A stretch of 64,000 nt of DNA from Candidatus Uhrbacteria bacterium (GTDB lineage Bacteria > Patescibacteriota > Patescibacteriia > UBA9934 > GWF2-40-263), in contig JBAXQK010000002.1 of NCBI GenBank assembly GCA_037131775.1, positions 23,472-87,471 on the forward strand. The letters run 5' to 3'. Below, piece by piece: positions 20,401-29,873 of this stretch; positions within the stretch are counted from its first letter, which is position 1, and each line of letters begins with the position of its first letter. The position numbers and the translations under genes were made by a program. The notes beneath the pieces are model-generated. The model did no database searches. It was given only the letters and a program-made list of their open reading frames with translations, and was not told where the DNA came from.

Positions 20401-23400
20401 CTCCTTCGCCCAAGTTCCCGCATCGAACTCAAGCTCCGTCGACAGCTCGAAGGACGTGCCGCCGACGCTTCGGTAACCGTAGACATGGGACTCGTCGGGA
20501 CAGGTGAAGGTGGCCGCGACCGAGTTCCAGCAGGTGGCGGACTCGTAGTTCTCGCCGTCGCAATTCATGAACTCGTTCACCGGGTCGGTGGGAAGCGACG
20601 TGCCGAGCGCGTTGCCAAGCCCCGCCGTCCACGACGGCCAGGTGCTTGTGGAGTACGAGCTGACAAAGGTGCCGTCCGCGAGCTTCGGAACGGAAGGCTC
20701 GCACGTTTCGGTTCCCGGACACTCGTCGTCCGCCGTACAGGTCTGGTTCGTGGTCACCGAGCAGAGGCCGTTCGCGGCGCCGTAGCCGTCGAGTTCGCCC
20801 GCGATCACGACGACGTCCTCCAGGCGGCGCATGTCGCGCGTGAGCTTGGCCTTGTCGGCGTCGCAAATTTGGCCGGAGGCGCAGTCGCCGTCCCAGACGC
20901 ACGGAATGAGGTCGCCCGTGGTCACGTCCGTCGGATAGCTTCCGTCCGTGCTCGACTGGCAGAGGTTGATGTCCGTGACGACGTCGTCATTGGCGTTGAA
21001 CGACCAGTTCGCCAGGATCTGCGCGAAAATTTCCTGCGAGGAAGCCTCCGCGTTCTCCGTATAGGAGATGGCGTACACGTTCGGGTAGATGGTCCCGGAA
21101 TTGGTGACGTTCGTGGCCGCGACGTACGTGGTGTTGCCGTCCGTGATCGCCTCGTAACCGTCTACCGTCGTGCTCGACGGGGATCCTCCGGTGAATCCCT
21201 GCGCGACATACCAGGCGGACGGGGTGAGGTACGAGGAATTCGGAAGCACACGGACGCCGATGGCGTCGGAAGTTCCCTCCACCTTGAAGATCAGGTCCTG
21301 GATGATGTCGGACGTATAGGATTCGACCGCGATTGGCGTCTCAAGCTCGGGAAGATCGTCGGTTGTGTCCTTCGCCACGCCGGCATCCTGGCAGTAGAAG
21401 AAGCTGAAATTTGAGTCGGCATCGAGATACAGGCCGTTCGAATTCTCGACGGTCGGGACGTTGTCGCAGACGTTTACGACGACCTTCAGGGTTCCGCTTA
21501 CCCCTCCGCTCGTTTCGCCGAAGGTGTTGGTCGCGCTGAACGCCGCGGTTGCCACGACGGATTCCTGGCCCGTCTTGTCGGAAGCGGTCACGGTGGATGC
21601 GGCGTCCGTCGAACTCGCCGACGAAACGATGTTTTCCGTATCCGCGTCAATGACGGTCGAGTCCCACGTCCAGCTCCAGCCGTAGCTCGCCGTCGGCTGA
21701 ATTTCCTCCTCGCGCCCGCCACGGACGGTGTTTGGAATCGACACGAACGCGTGCTGCTCGCCGGAAGCCGTGAACGATCCGACGCTTGGGTCGACGATGT
21801 CGCTCGCGGGAGTCACGCCCGTGTCCTCCACGGTCACGGAATCAAGACCGCAAATTTCCGTACCCGTCTGAAAGGTTACCGCGTATTTACCGTCCGGCGC
21901 CCCATTCGCGTCTACGCCAACGGCATGGGCGGAAAGAACGCCGTCGTTCAGGCCGTCGACCGCGTCGGTCAGGTCGGCGTCCTCCACCACGACAAGGGTG
22001 TAGTAGGAATTGGCCTCCAGAACGTCCGTAATGTTGAGCGAGACGCGCGAGCCGCCGAACTCGTTCGCCGTCAGCGAGTACGTCACGGGAGTCAGGCAGT
22101 AGGCCGTCGTATCCGCGGCCTGCGCGGTTCCACCGAACATGCCCGTGACGGAACGCACGACCCAATTCCAAGCGCGCGCGATCCACGAACGGCTCGCCGT
22201 GTCGCCGTACGCAAGCAGGCTTGCCTGGAGATAGCCGGACGGACAGTCGGCAATGTCGATCGCGTCGCCCGTCGACGTCGTCAGGGCGAGGTACAGGTTC
22301 TGGTGGCCTTCGCCGTAATCGAATACGCCCGTGTTCGGTCCCGCCGTATCGTCCCACGACATCAGCGAATTCGAGTCCATCACGTCCGAGAAGTCCACGT
22401 AGATCGCCGCGTTCAGGCACACGTTCGTCTCCCCGATTCCCTGGGAAACGGCCTCGACGGTCGGGCGCTCGAAGCAGCAGGAGGATGTCCCGCAGCCGTA
22501 CGCGTCGTCGCCGCACTGCGCATCGTTCTCACAGGAACAGGTCAGCGTAAGCGTTCCGCTTCCCTCCACGCCGCTCGTCGTTTCCGTTGCCGTAATCGAC
22601 GACTCCGCCGTGTGCGTGGTCGCGTCCACGTCCAAGACCGCCTCTGGATTCACGTAGGAGACGCCCCAATATCCAAAGGCGGTATCCCCGGACGGATCCG
22701 TTGCCGCGTCGCACTCCTCGGCACCCGTGTCAATGACAGCCCCGTTATACTCGTTCGTCCCCGTACGATGCGTCGTACCGTCGCCGCAGTAGCTCGACGT
22801 GCCCAATGACGATCCCTCGTCCACGCAGGATGAGGAACACCCGTCTCCGTTCGTGGTATTGCCATCGTCACAATCCTCGGCGCGAGGGCTCCAGGCGCCG
22901 GTTACGCCGCGGTAATCAATGCGTCCGTCGCCGCAGCACGGCGAAACGACAGGGAGACAGGCATCGGTGGCGCTTCCGCAGTATGTCGACGCGTCGGCCC
23001 CGATTCCCGGACAGTCGCTGGTGGGATTGTCGCGACAGGCGAACGCGCAGACGTTTGCCCCCTCAAACAGACAGATCGAAGAACATCCGTCTCCGCTGGC
23101 AACGTTGCCATCATCGCAGTCCTCACCGGAATCGATGTTGCTGTTTCCGCAGATTGAATTGTATCCGGAACGAGCCACGGTTCCCTCGTTCAGACAGTCA
23201 GAAGAGCATCCCGCGGTGCCGTCGCAATCCTCGCCTCCGTCGCTCGCCGACTGGTCGACAGTCGATCCGTCGCAGGAGGTGCCGGCCTTTCGCGCTCCGT
23301 TATTCAGACAGACGGAAGAGCATCCGTCGGAGTTGTCCGTGTTCGAGTCGTCACACTCCTCTCCGGTTCCGACCGCGCCGTCGCCGCACACGCTCGGGGA

Positions 23401-26400
23401 GCGGTAGTCCGCCGAAGCTCCCTCGTGCAGACAGGTGGTCGTGGAACACCCTTCTCCCCCGTCGCAATCCTCTCCTGGCTCCACCAGGCCGTTTCCGCAG
23501 AAATAGTCGCTTGTGGTCGCCTCCGATCCCGTGTTCAGGCAGTTCGAAGAACATCCGGTCTGAAGAACGGAAGTGATGCGAAGCGGGTCGGACGCGCTGT
23601 TCAGCATGGTCGCGACGTCGCCAAGGGAGGGGCCGGTCGCGTCGACGGCAGTCCACGCGTCCCAGCCGTAGCTCAGCGGGTCAAGCTCCTGGCCGTTCAC
23701 GGAGCAGCTGTCCCGGGCGCCGAACGGAATGGCCTGCCAAAGCGCCTCCTCGCCGATATGCGTTGCGGACGAAGATTTCGGGTCGGTCTCAATCCGATCG
23801 ACCGCGCACGGCTCGTCGGAATCCTTGGTCTTGAATTTCCAAGAAAAGTCGTTCGAGAACTCAGAATACCCGTTGTCCTCGGAAGGATAGTTGCTTCCCG
23901 ACTCCGACAGGGCCACGCCGGAGAGCGATTCGACGTCTCCGGAAATCACGACGCGGTACCAGGTGTTCTTGGTAAAGGGCTCCGAGTGCGTGAAGGTGAC
24001 GGACCTCGAGTCGGCGGAAAGGTCATACGAGACCACGTTGTCCCAGAGCGTCATCTCGCCCGAGTCGGTCGAGCAGAGCGAATCCTGGCAAGAGTAGATC
24101 GTGACGGTGCTGTCGGAAAAATTTTTCGATCCCAAAGCTGTCTCGTCCGCCATGACCGTGTTGAAGTCGGCGGTAATCCCTCCGTTCAAACACACCGAAT
24201 CGCAGCTCGGCGTCCAGCTGGTGACCTCCGGGTCGGTGAAGTTGATCGTAAGCTGTCCGGCGTCGCTCGGCTCGTCGCCCGTCGGGTTCACGGCCTGCGC
24301 GGTGATGTCTACCGGGGATCCGCTGGTGGTTTCGGCGATGGCGGTGGCGAGGGTGGCGCAGGAGCCGGTCGCGGAGGTCGTCGGTTCTACCGACGCAAGC
24401 TGCGACTGCGAGGAGTCCCACGTCCAGCCGTAATTCGTGCAATCCAACGCGACGCAGAAGTCATTCTGCGACAGCGCCAGTGCCGAATACGATTGGGTCT
24501 GCCCAGCCTCCGTTATCGTGTGCGCGGACGGACTGACGACGACGGATCCGATGTTACACGGCTCGGTCGTGGCGGCGGTCGTAAACGTCCAGGAATAGTC
24601 GTTCGCCATGAAGATTCCGTCCTCCGACGTAATTCCCGCGGCGTCGAGGGTCACGGTATACGTGGCGCTCGGCAGGAAGTCGCCTCCCGTCGGACTCCAG
24701 CTGAACGTATATCCGCCCGGCGTTTCGCCGTCCGCCATCACTCCCGCGATGTCCGCGCCGTCCGGATCCGTGACGTGGAGGTACGGGGCAAGGTCATCCC
24801 ATTTCATCATCGGCATGTCGAACGTCGCCGTGACGGCGGCGTTCACGCAGATGTTCTTCGACTCGCTCCAATTGTTCCACGGTGACGGGGACGTAACCAC
24901 GCCCTCGCTGCAGTCGACGACCACCTTCGGCGTCGCGGGAATCGTGGTGGTCGAGAACATCCAGGAGTAATGCGACTCCTGGGGCTCATCCGCGCAGATG
25001 GCCGCGCATTGACCGTTCGAGCAGCAGCTCGTTCCCTCTACGTCGCAGAAACCGTCGCCGTCGGCCAGACAGCTTCCAACCTTGAAATTCAGCTCGTTCG
25101 ATCGATACCCATTCGCGTCGGTCACGTACACGGGTCCGGTTTCGGCCGAGGCGGGCACGGTTGCCGTGACGGAAGAGAGCGACGAGTCCCAGCTCAGGAC
25201 GGACGCGCTTTCGGAAGACGAGAACGTCACGGACGCGGATCCCGTGTGCCTTCCGAGGTTGTCGCCCGCGATGTCGACGTTCGTGGTGGTCACGGGCCCC
25301 GAGACAGGATCAAGATTACAGATGCCCGGGCCCGGAGTGTCGTCGAGAACGGTAAAGTCCGTCGCCTCCGACGAGGCCGATCCCGTCTCGACGGTAAGCG
25401 AGTACGTCGCACCGAGCCCGATCGCCGAGCCGTCCGTGAACGTCGCGGGAACCTTCACGATGATTTCCGTATCGCCCCACGTGTCGGATCCGCAGGCCTC
25501 CGGAAAATCCGTATCGCCCCACGCGACGCTTCCGCTGGTGTCCTGCGCGGAAAAATGGACCGTGCCGGCCGTCGAGCCGAATCCGGTTCCGTTGATGGTC
25601 ACGTACTGCCCGATCGGCCCCCACGTGTCCTGGTCGTCGCACGTGTCTCCCGGATTGACCGCGGAACAGTCCGCATCGGCCGAGCAGCGGGTTCCCATCG
25701 CCTTGCATGCGGTCCAGCCCGAAACGACGGACGCGATGACCGGAGTGGTTCCTTCGGACGAGTCGACGACGGTGAATGACACCTTGTTCGATCCCTGGCG
25801 CAGCGAAACGCAGGATCCGTCCGTTCCGCAGTCGGAGTCCGTCTCGCAGAATGCGTCGGAACCGGAGCAGCGCATGGTTGCGCACGATTCGCCTGATGTC
25901 GTGTCACAGTCCGCGTCCGTCGCGCATGTGACCTGTGGCGTCACGGCCCCCTGGGTCGTCGCGCAAACGTAATCCCCCACCCAAACCTGAGTGTCATAAT
26001 CGCGAGCGTTCAGGAGCGGAACCTGGACGGATAGCGCGGCGGAGGCCCAGCTGTAGTAATCCGATGCCTCGTAGTTTCCAAAGTAGACCGTCGAGGTCCC
26101 TTGGCTCGATTCGCTCGATGAGGTGAAATTATTTCCCGAGAGTCCGACCGTCGAGTGACCGATTCCGGACGTCGGATCCGGCGGACACAGACCCGGACGC
26201 ACCACGGAGTTCACGTCAAAGTCACTGACGGTAGCCCCGTAGTCGTCGTTGGTGGCGTCGACGTACGCGTCGGGATGGGTCGCGTCGGTTCCGGTCGTGA
26301 CGCGAATCGGGCCGTCCTTCATGGAACCGGAAACCTGGACGATAATCTGCGTGTCCGTCCAGGTGGAACCGGTCTCGCACTGGTACTCGGACGCGGTCAC

Positions 26401-27882
26401 GGGGTTCGAGTACGTACCGTTCGTGTCGACGGCGCCAAGGAACTGCACGGTTCCCGGCGTCGATCCAAAACCGCTTCCAATGATGGAGATGATGTTTCCT
26501 TCCGTTCCATCGCCAGGCGAAACAGAGGTGATTTCCGGAACGCTCTCGCAAACGCCATCGACGACAAGTCCCGTCTCGGGATCAATTTCTCCGGAGCAGT
26601 ACCCGCTCGAGCAGTCGGCATTGGACGTGCACGGCGACCCGTCGCACGCGCCGCACTCGCTCGTTCCGCCGCAGTCGCCAGGCGGATCCGCCTCGCCATT
26701 GTTTGCAACGCCGTCGTTGCAGGAAGCGGGATAGACCTCAATGCTTACCCCGGAAGACGTGCTGGCGTGTCCGGCACAGTCCGTTCCCCTTGCGCGAATG
26801 GTATGGCTTCCCGTCGCGTAATCCGAAGAGACATACCACTCCGATCCGTCCGCGGTCGAGAAAAAATTTTCCGACGAAAGGGATCCGGCGGTCGAGTCCG
26901 TCGAGAGCGCCGCGTCGTAGATCGAATCCCCGTTGTCGATCGTAAAGGCAAGGCTCGAGACGCCCGTGTCGTCGACCGTGTACGCCTGCAGCGGTCGGAT
27001 CTCGTTCGTATAGACGGCCGATCCTTCTTCCGGGGCCGAAATTTCCATCGTGGTCGGGCCTTCCGTGTCCACGGCCGTCCCGGTCGTGAAGTCGAACGAG
27101 CACGGGTATGTCGTGTCGCACTTGTACGCCAAATCCGTCGAGCTCTTCAACGTTGTCGTACTCAGCTCAATCGTATAATCCGCGCCCGCGTCATAGCAAT
27201 GCTCGGTCGGAAATCCATCGGCGGAACAGTCCTGCGTCGGGGTGAACGTGGCCACCGTTCCGGCAACGGCGAACGTTCCCGGGACGTCCGTTCCAGACTG
27301 CTGTACGCGGATCCCACCATTGTTAATGGATTCGAGGCTGGGACTTTTACTGAAGGTAAACTGCAGGTTTACGTTTTTAATCGCGTACGCGCACTCGAGG
27401 TTGACGTCCGTCAAGACGAATTGACTCGACGTGCCTCCCCCGTCGCCGTATCCCCCGCCGTTCCCGCCGCTGCCCGACGACGTGCTCGTCCCGTTCAGTG
27501 CGCCCATCAGCTGGCCGAGGATAAACTGGACGATGGCGAATGCGGAAAGAATGATGACGAGACCGACGATCGCCGACGAGAACAGTTTCTTCGCGCTCTT
27601 GATCTTGTCGTCGTTCCCTCCCGACGTCATGTAGCGGAACCCCCCGACGAGAATCAGGACGACGGCGATGATGCCGAGGATCGAGATGACCGTTCGAATG
27701 AGCCTGGCGATGGTGATCGTGAGCGTCTCGCCCGTCGCAAGACCCGCGGTTTCCGCGAAGGAGCTCAGTCCCGAGGTCGGGTCCACGACCTGCGCGAACG
27801 CATGCGGGGCAATCGCAAGAGCTCCGACCGTTACGAAGACGGCAAAGAGGATCGAGAGCAGGCTCTTGCGGGAAAATATCAT
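17494..27882 (-). CDS. giant secreted/surface protein (3462 aa) with an N-terminal pilin-like module, IPT/TIG and Ig-like domains, Cys-rich repeats and a C-terminal vWA domain
   Basis: A 10.4 kb stop-free ORF. It has an N-terminal signal peptide plus a VirB2/TrbC-like two-helix module, then a Gly-rich linker. Further domains are IPT/TIG (ITSVSPGDG...GSGFG), many C-x-C-DDGN-x-NGDGCS-x-C repeats, and a C-terminal vWA domain (KLIILLSDGQ). Confidence 0.85.
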   Translation of the reverse strand: MIFSRKSLLSILFAVFVTVGALAIAPHAFAQVVDPTSGLSSFAETAGLATGETLTITIARLIRTVISILGIIAVVLILVGGFRYMTSGGNDDKIKSAKKLFSSAIVGLVIILSAFAIVQFILGQLMGALNGTSTSSGSGGNGGGYGDGGGTSSQFVLTDVNLECAYAIKNVNLQFTFSKSPSLESINNGGIRVQQSGTDVPGTFAVAGTVATFTPTQDCSADGFPTEHCYDAGADYTIELSTTTLKSSTDLAYKCDTTYPCSFDFTTGTAVDTEGPTTMEISAPEEGSAVYTNEIRPLQAYTVDDTGVSSLAFTIDNGDSIYDAALSTDSTAGSLSSENFFSTADGSEWYVSSDYATGSHTIRARGTDCAGHASTSSGVSIEVYPASCNDGVANNGEADPPGDCGGTSECGACDGSPCTSNADCSSGYCSGEIDPETGLVVDGVCESVPEITSVSPGDGTEGNIISIIGSGFGSTPGTVQFLGAVDTNGTYSNPVTASEYQCETGSTWTDTQIIVQVSGSMKDGPIRVTTGTDATHPDAYVDATNDDYGATVSDFDVNSVVRPGLCPPDPTSGIGHSTVGLSGNNFTSSSESSQGTSTVYFGNYEASDYYSWASAALSVQVPLLNARDYDTQVWVGDYVCATTQGAVTPQVTCATDADCDTTSGESCATMRCSGSDAFCETDSDCGTDGSCVSLRQGSNKVSFTVVDSSEGTTPVIASVVSGWTACKAMGTRCSADADCSAVNPGDTCDDQDTWGPIGQYVTINGTGFGSTAGTVHFSAQDTSGSVAWGDTDFPEACGSDTWGDTEIIVKVPATFTDGSAIGLGATYSLTVETGSASSEATDFTVLDDTPGPGICNLDPVSGPVTTTNVDIAGDNLGRHTGSASVTFSSSESASVLSWDSSLSSVTATVPASAETGPVYVTDANGYRSNELNFKVGSCLADGDGFCDVEGTSCCSNGQCAAICADEPQESHYSWMFSTTTIPATPKVVVDCSEGVVTSPSPWNNWSESKNICVNAAVTATFDMPMMKWDDLAPYLHVTDPDGADIAGVMADGETPGGYTFSWSPTGGDFLPSATYTVTLDAAGITSEDGIFMANDYSWTFTTAATTEPCNIGSVVVSPSAHTITEAGQTQSYSALALSQNDFCVALDCTNYGWTWDSSQSQLASVEPTTSATGSCATLATAIAETTSGSPVDITAQAVNPTGDEPSDAGQLTINFTDPEVTSWTPSCDSVCLNGGITADFNTVMADETALGSKNFSDSTVTIYSCQDSLCSTDSGEMTLWDNVVSYDLSADSRSVTFTHSEPFTKNTWYRVVISGDVESLSGVALSESGSNYPSEDNGYSEFSNDFSWKFKTKDSDEPCAVDRIETDPKSSSATHIGEEALWQAIPFGARDSCSVNGQELDPLSYGWDAWTAVDATGPSLGDVATMLNSASDPLRITSVLQTGCSSNCLNTGSEATTSDYFCGNGLVEPGEDCDGGEGCSTTTCLHEGASADYRSPSVCGDGAVGTGEECDDSNTDNSDGCSSVCLNNGARKAGTSCDGSTVDQSASDGGEDCDGTAGCSSDCLNEGTVARSGYNSICGNSNIDSGEDCDDGNVASGDGCSSICLFEGANVCAFACRDNPTSDCPGIGADASTYCGSATDACLPVVSPCCGDGRIDYRGVTGAWSPRAEDCDDGNTTNGDGCSSSCVDEGSSLGTSSYCGDGTTHRTGTNEYNGAVIDTGAEECDAATDPSGDTAFGYWGVSYVNPEAVLDVDATTHTAESSITATETTSGVEGSGTLTLTCSCENDAQCGDDAYGCGTSSCCFERPTVEAVSQGIGETNVCLNAAIYVDFSDVMDSNSLMSWDDTAGPNTGVFDYGEGHQNLYLALTTSTGDAIDIADCPSGYLQASLLAYGDTASRSWIARAWNWVVRSVTGMFGGTAQAADTTAYCLTPVTYSLTANEFGGSRVSLNITDVLEANSYYTLVVVEDADLTDAVDGLNDGVLSAHAVGVDANGAPDGKYAVTFQTGTEICGLDSVTVEDTGVTPASDIVDPSVGSFTASGEQHAFVSIPNTVRGGREEEIQPTASYGWSWTWDSTVIDADTENIVSSASSTDAASTVTASDKTGQESVVATAAFSATNTFGETSGGVSGTLKVVVNVCDNVPTVENSNGLYLDADSNFSFFYCQDAGVAKDTTDDLPELETPIAVESYTSDIIQDLIFKVEGTSDAIGVRVLPNSSYLTPSAWYVAQGFTGGSPSSTTVDGYEAITDGNTTYVAATNVTNSGTIYPNVYAISYTENAEASSQEIFAQILANWSFNANDDVVTDINLCQSSTDGSYPTDVTTGDLIPCVWDGDCASGQICDADKAKLTRDMRRLEDVVVIAGELDGYGAANGLCSVTTNQTCTADDECPGTETCEPSVPKLADGTFVSSYSTSTWPSWTAGLGNALGTSLPTDPVNEFMNCDGENYESATCWNSVAATFTCPDESHVYGYRSVGGTSFELSTELEFDAGTWAKELNPSTLGTVTAEYHPSGTASPTNFVSSTDPAAFCYGVTLGTSSICGDGVVNTKETDPSAEGYEACEIGDTTTVDCTDSDGVAGTMLATCLSDCSAFQDETTAVAAGGVCTPYSCGNGVVDGATETCDDGSLNGTYGHCGDDCTLTSAFSCGDGYLAGGEQCDCGVSANFTAVMYDTTPSWARLNHCAVSNGQYATSPTGTCSYDCKSPGPSCGDGEVNGSEQCDGGYQKWSGALCADATECTTNADCTDGSSCGDGGASCGSSTVCATDGNADSITDIDSGSICDSSTGLKVDGTSCDAINLADGNGSCGTVVYDLARSQTCSTSACTWGTWTACVSADYCGNGTVDGTEVCDDGNTDNTDACTNDCKANVCGDELVYSGVESCDDGSLNGDDCTAVYEGMCHYCTINCQYKTKSGAYCGDGAINGTELCDGADIPFYCFDNADGEGGTSATDLGGTCGSVNEGTEGSSAGCDSGFTCRELGVCNGGSKQGERCTVVSGHTSTTEDRNACGADSECVVPTCDSTCSTSCPFSYQTVSVLGQTSEAGGTASDTINLYSYPSDSDLNPDSAVLYIPACSVGTQITADVDTTSNVTPPSVAVYFITDYTGTMGDWVDGNNHCDGAGTAVVGTDCTTSSECGTGGTCTSTPPSGYSRMDIVSASESTAIQTLYDSLSSGDLQVGLMRIGSSAVRSGVYGGDGYTIDAALGSMDENDLIATVEGYALESDLGWGPPIYQGMKAAITELDASSADVKLIILLSDGQTYISKTSTMCTNSTTAGVCEDGTTHPSCGNDASTTLDDETTSNYYCCTKQVDKGLLSTCSADDENGAVRGSGDVSVYTAAITATTDDVYASYMAHMSSETCGHLYADINDCTTGTYAFSAQDEDGVAGMYDSIISSIINVTVGLTTESSTGTSVTTTGNVSDGNDKTLPFPPDFQCTGSDMSIPMSTTFTGTGYVTFSNINFTYCPAP

Positions 27883-27888
27883 AGCGCG

Positions 27889-29793
27889 CTAATTGGAAGA
27901 TTCTGGATTTGAGTCTGGAAGTTCCACGGTCGCCGGAGTCGTAAGCGTCGTATCAAGATTTGTCGTGTGGCAGGCCCTTTCGGATGGAAAGCCATTGCAG
28001 CAATACCTGGCCGTCGTCGTGCTCGTTCCGCACATCCCCGTTCCGGCCGCGTTCGGACCGTCCACGGGATACGCGCAGATTTGGTACGCGGACTTCACGT
28101 CACGCGTAATGACCGGGTCGTAGTCCCATCCGTTGTCCTCGTTGCTGACAAGACCCGGATGCGCGATCTCCACGGTCGTGTTGATCGTCTCGTCGTCGAC
28201 GACCAGGTCCGTCTTGCTCGTCGTAAACCAGAACTCATACCACGGGTCTGCCCACAGCGAGACGTTTGTCGTATTGAGCGTCGAGGATTTCATCGGAACG
28301 GAGAACGTCGCGGTTACGTTCGCCGACGGCGATGACAGCCCCTCGAGGATGCCCGGATGCATCTCGGTAATGGTCGGGACGGTGTCGTTTATCTCGTCGT
28401 TGGTCTGGAATCCCCAGACGTAGTTATCGTCGTCGGGACCCGTCCCCTCGTCATCGCCGTTTCCGTCGAGCGAGTTCGCGGACGCGTCCTCCAGGCCGTT
28501 TGCCGGCACGAAGATCGGATCGGCCTGCGGCGGCTCGTCGCCGACGCTCGCCGCCTTGGCCGTGACCTCGATCGCGTTCGTGCTCGCGCTGCCGCCCGGA
28601 GCCGGAAGGCAGTAGATGGTGTCGCCGCACGGATCGACGCCGCACGCCTCGGTCGGCGTGAACTCGATCGTCTTGTACGCGTTGGAAATTGAGAACGTCC
28701 CGTCCACGTATCCGCTCGCCGCGGTCGAGGAACCGACGGTGATGTTGCTGAACGTCTGCGTCGGGTTCGGATTTGACTCCGTCGGCGCCACGTACGTCCC
28801 CGTTCCGGCCACCGGGTCCATCGCCTCGTCGAACGTGATGGAAACGGTGATGTTTCGCGCATCGGTGGCGGAGGCACGCGGGATGACGGACACGACCTTC
28901 GGAGGAGTGAGGTCGACCTCCGTGGAAACCTCGAACGTCCACTCGTACCCATCCTGATTCGACGCGGTGAACGCGGCCGTTTTGTCCGCCTTCTTGATGC
29001 TGTTCGTCAGTTTGACGGTATAGTTCGTGTCGTCCGTCGAGCTGCCAAGGAGATCGACCGGGTCGAAGACGAAGATGGTGTGATCCGCGTTCATGGTCAC
29101 GGAAACGGCGCTTGCCCCCAGCTTCAGCGTATCCACGCTCGCCTCGTCCGCGGTCTTGTAGATCAGAACGTTCGCGGAATTCAGATCGGTGGAAGTCGGG
29201 CTCAGGTCGTAGCCGGAGATGATCGAGGCCGGATCGATCGGCTCCTTGAACGTCACCATGATGCGCGTGTTGCGCGGAATGCCGATCGCGTTGCGCTCCG
29301 GATAGTGCGACTCGATGATGCCCGCGCCGAGCGATCCGGAAAGCGGCTCGCTGTACCGGTCGGCGACGGACGTGCTTCCCGTCGCACCGCCCCAGTTGTC
29401 CAGCAGGCTGTTCAGGATGTAACTCGCGATCGTGAACGAAAAGATACAGAGGATCATTCCGATCACTCCGTTCTTGATCATGTCCTTCGCCTTCTTCAGC
29501 TTGGTGTCGTCGCCCTGCGCCGTCATGTAGATCCATCCGGCATAGAGGACGACGATCGTGAAGATGATCCCGAGCGTTCCGAGGAAGACGCGGATGACCT
29601 TCGCGATGATGATCGGCAGGCTGTTGGTGGACGCGCCGGCAGCCGCGGCCGACGTGGCGAGCTGCGTCGCCGCGCTCTGGACGGACTGCGCGAGCGCTGG
29701 GTGCGCGGCGGCAATAACGCAAACGGCGAGCACGCCAAAGGCGGCTCCGGCGGCGAGGCGGCTGCGCATAGTGTTTGGGAGAAAACGCATCAT
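27889..29793 (-). CDS. secreted protein (634 aa) with an N-terminal pilin-like two-helix module followed by SbsA/Big-type Ig-like domains
   Basis: The signal peptide ends AAHPALAQ. It is followed by helix-loop(GDDTKLKKAKD)-helix and Ig-like repeats (PPKVVSVIPRASATDARNITVSITFDEAMDP). Confidence 0.7.
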   Translation of the reverse strand: MMRFLPNTMRSRLAAGAAFGVLAVCVIAAAHPALAQSVQSAATQLATSAAAAGASTNSLPIIIAKVIRVFLGTLGIIFTIVVLYAGWIYMTAQGDDTKLKKAKDMIKNGVIGMILCIFSFTIASYILNSLLDNWGGATGSTSVADRYSEPLSGSLGAGIIESHYPERNAIGIPRNTRIMVTFKEPIDPASIISGYDLSPTSTDLNSANVLIYKTADEASVDTLKLGASAVSVTMNADHTIFVFDPVDLLGSSTDDTNYTVKLTNSIKKADKTAAFTASNQDGYEWTFEVSTEVDLTPPKVVSVIPRASATDARNITVSITFDEAMDPVAGTGTYVAPTESNPNPTQTFSNITVGSSTAASGYVDGTFSISNAYKTIEFTPTEACGVDPCGDTIYCLPAPGGSASTNAIEVTAKAASVGDEPPQADPIFVPANGLEDASANSLDGNGDDEGTGPDDDNYVWGFQTNDEINDTVPTITEMHPGILEGLSSPSANVTATFSVPMKSSTLNTTNVSLWADPWYEFWFTTSKTDLVVDDETINTTVEIAHPGLVSNEDNGWDYDPVITRDVKSAYQICAYPVDGPNAAGTGMCGTSTTTARYCCNGFPSERACHTTNLDTTLTTPATVELPDSNPESSN

Positions 29794-29873
29794 CGAGACG
29801 CTTATTTCGTCGCTCTCATTCTACAACAAAACCGCGTGCACGGATACACGCGGCATTTGAAAGTCTGTGGATA

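Noticed and set aside
17494-27882. Intein, transposase or phage-tail identity for the giant ORF
   Set aside because: No intein splice motifs, DDE/HNH signatures or tail-fibre motifs were seen. The composition and domains are those of an adhesin-like surface protein.
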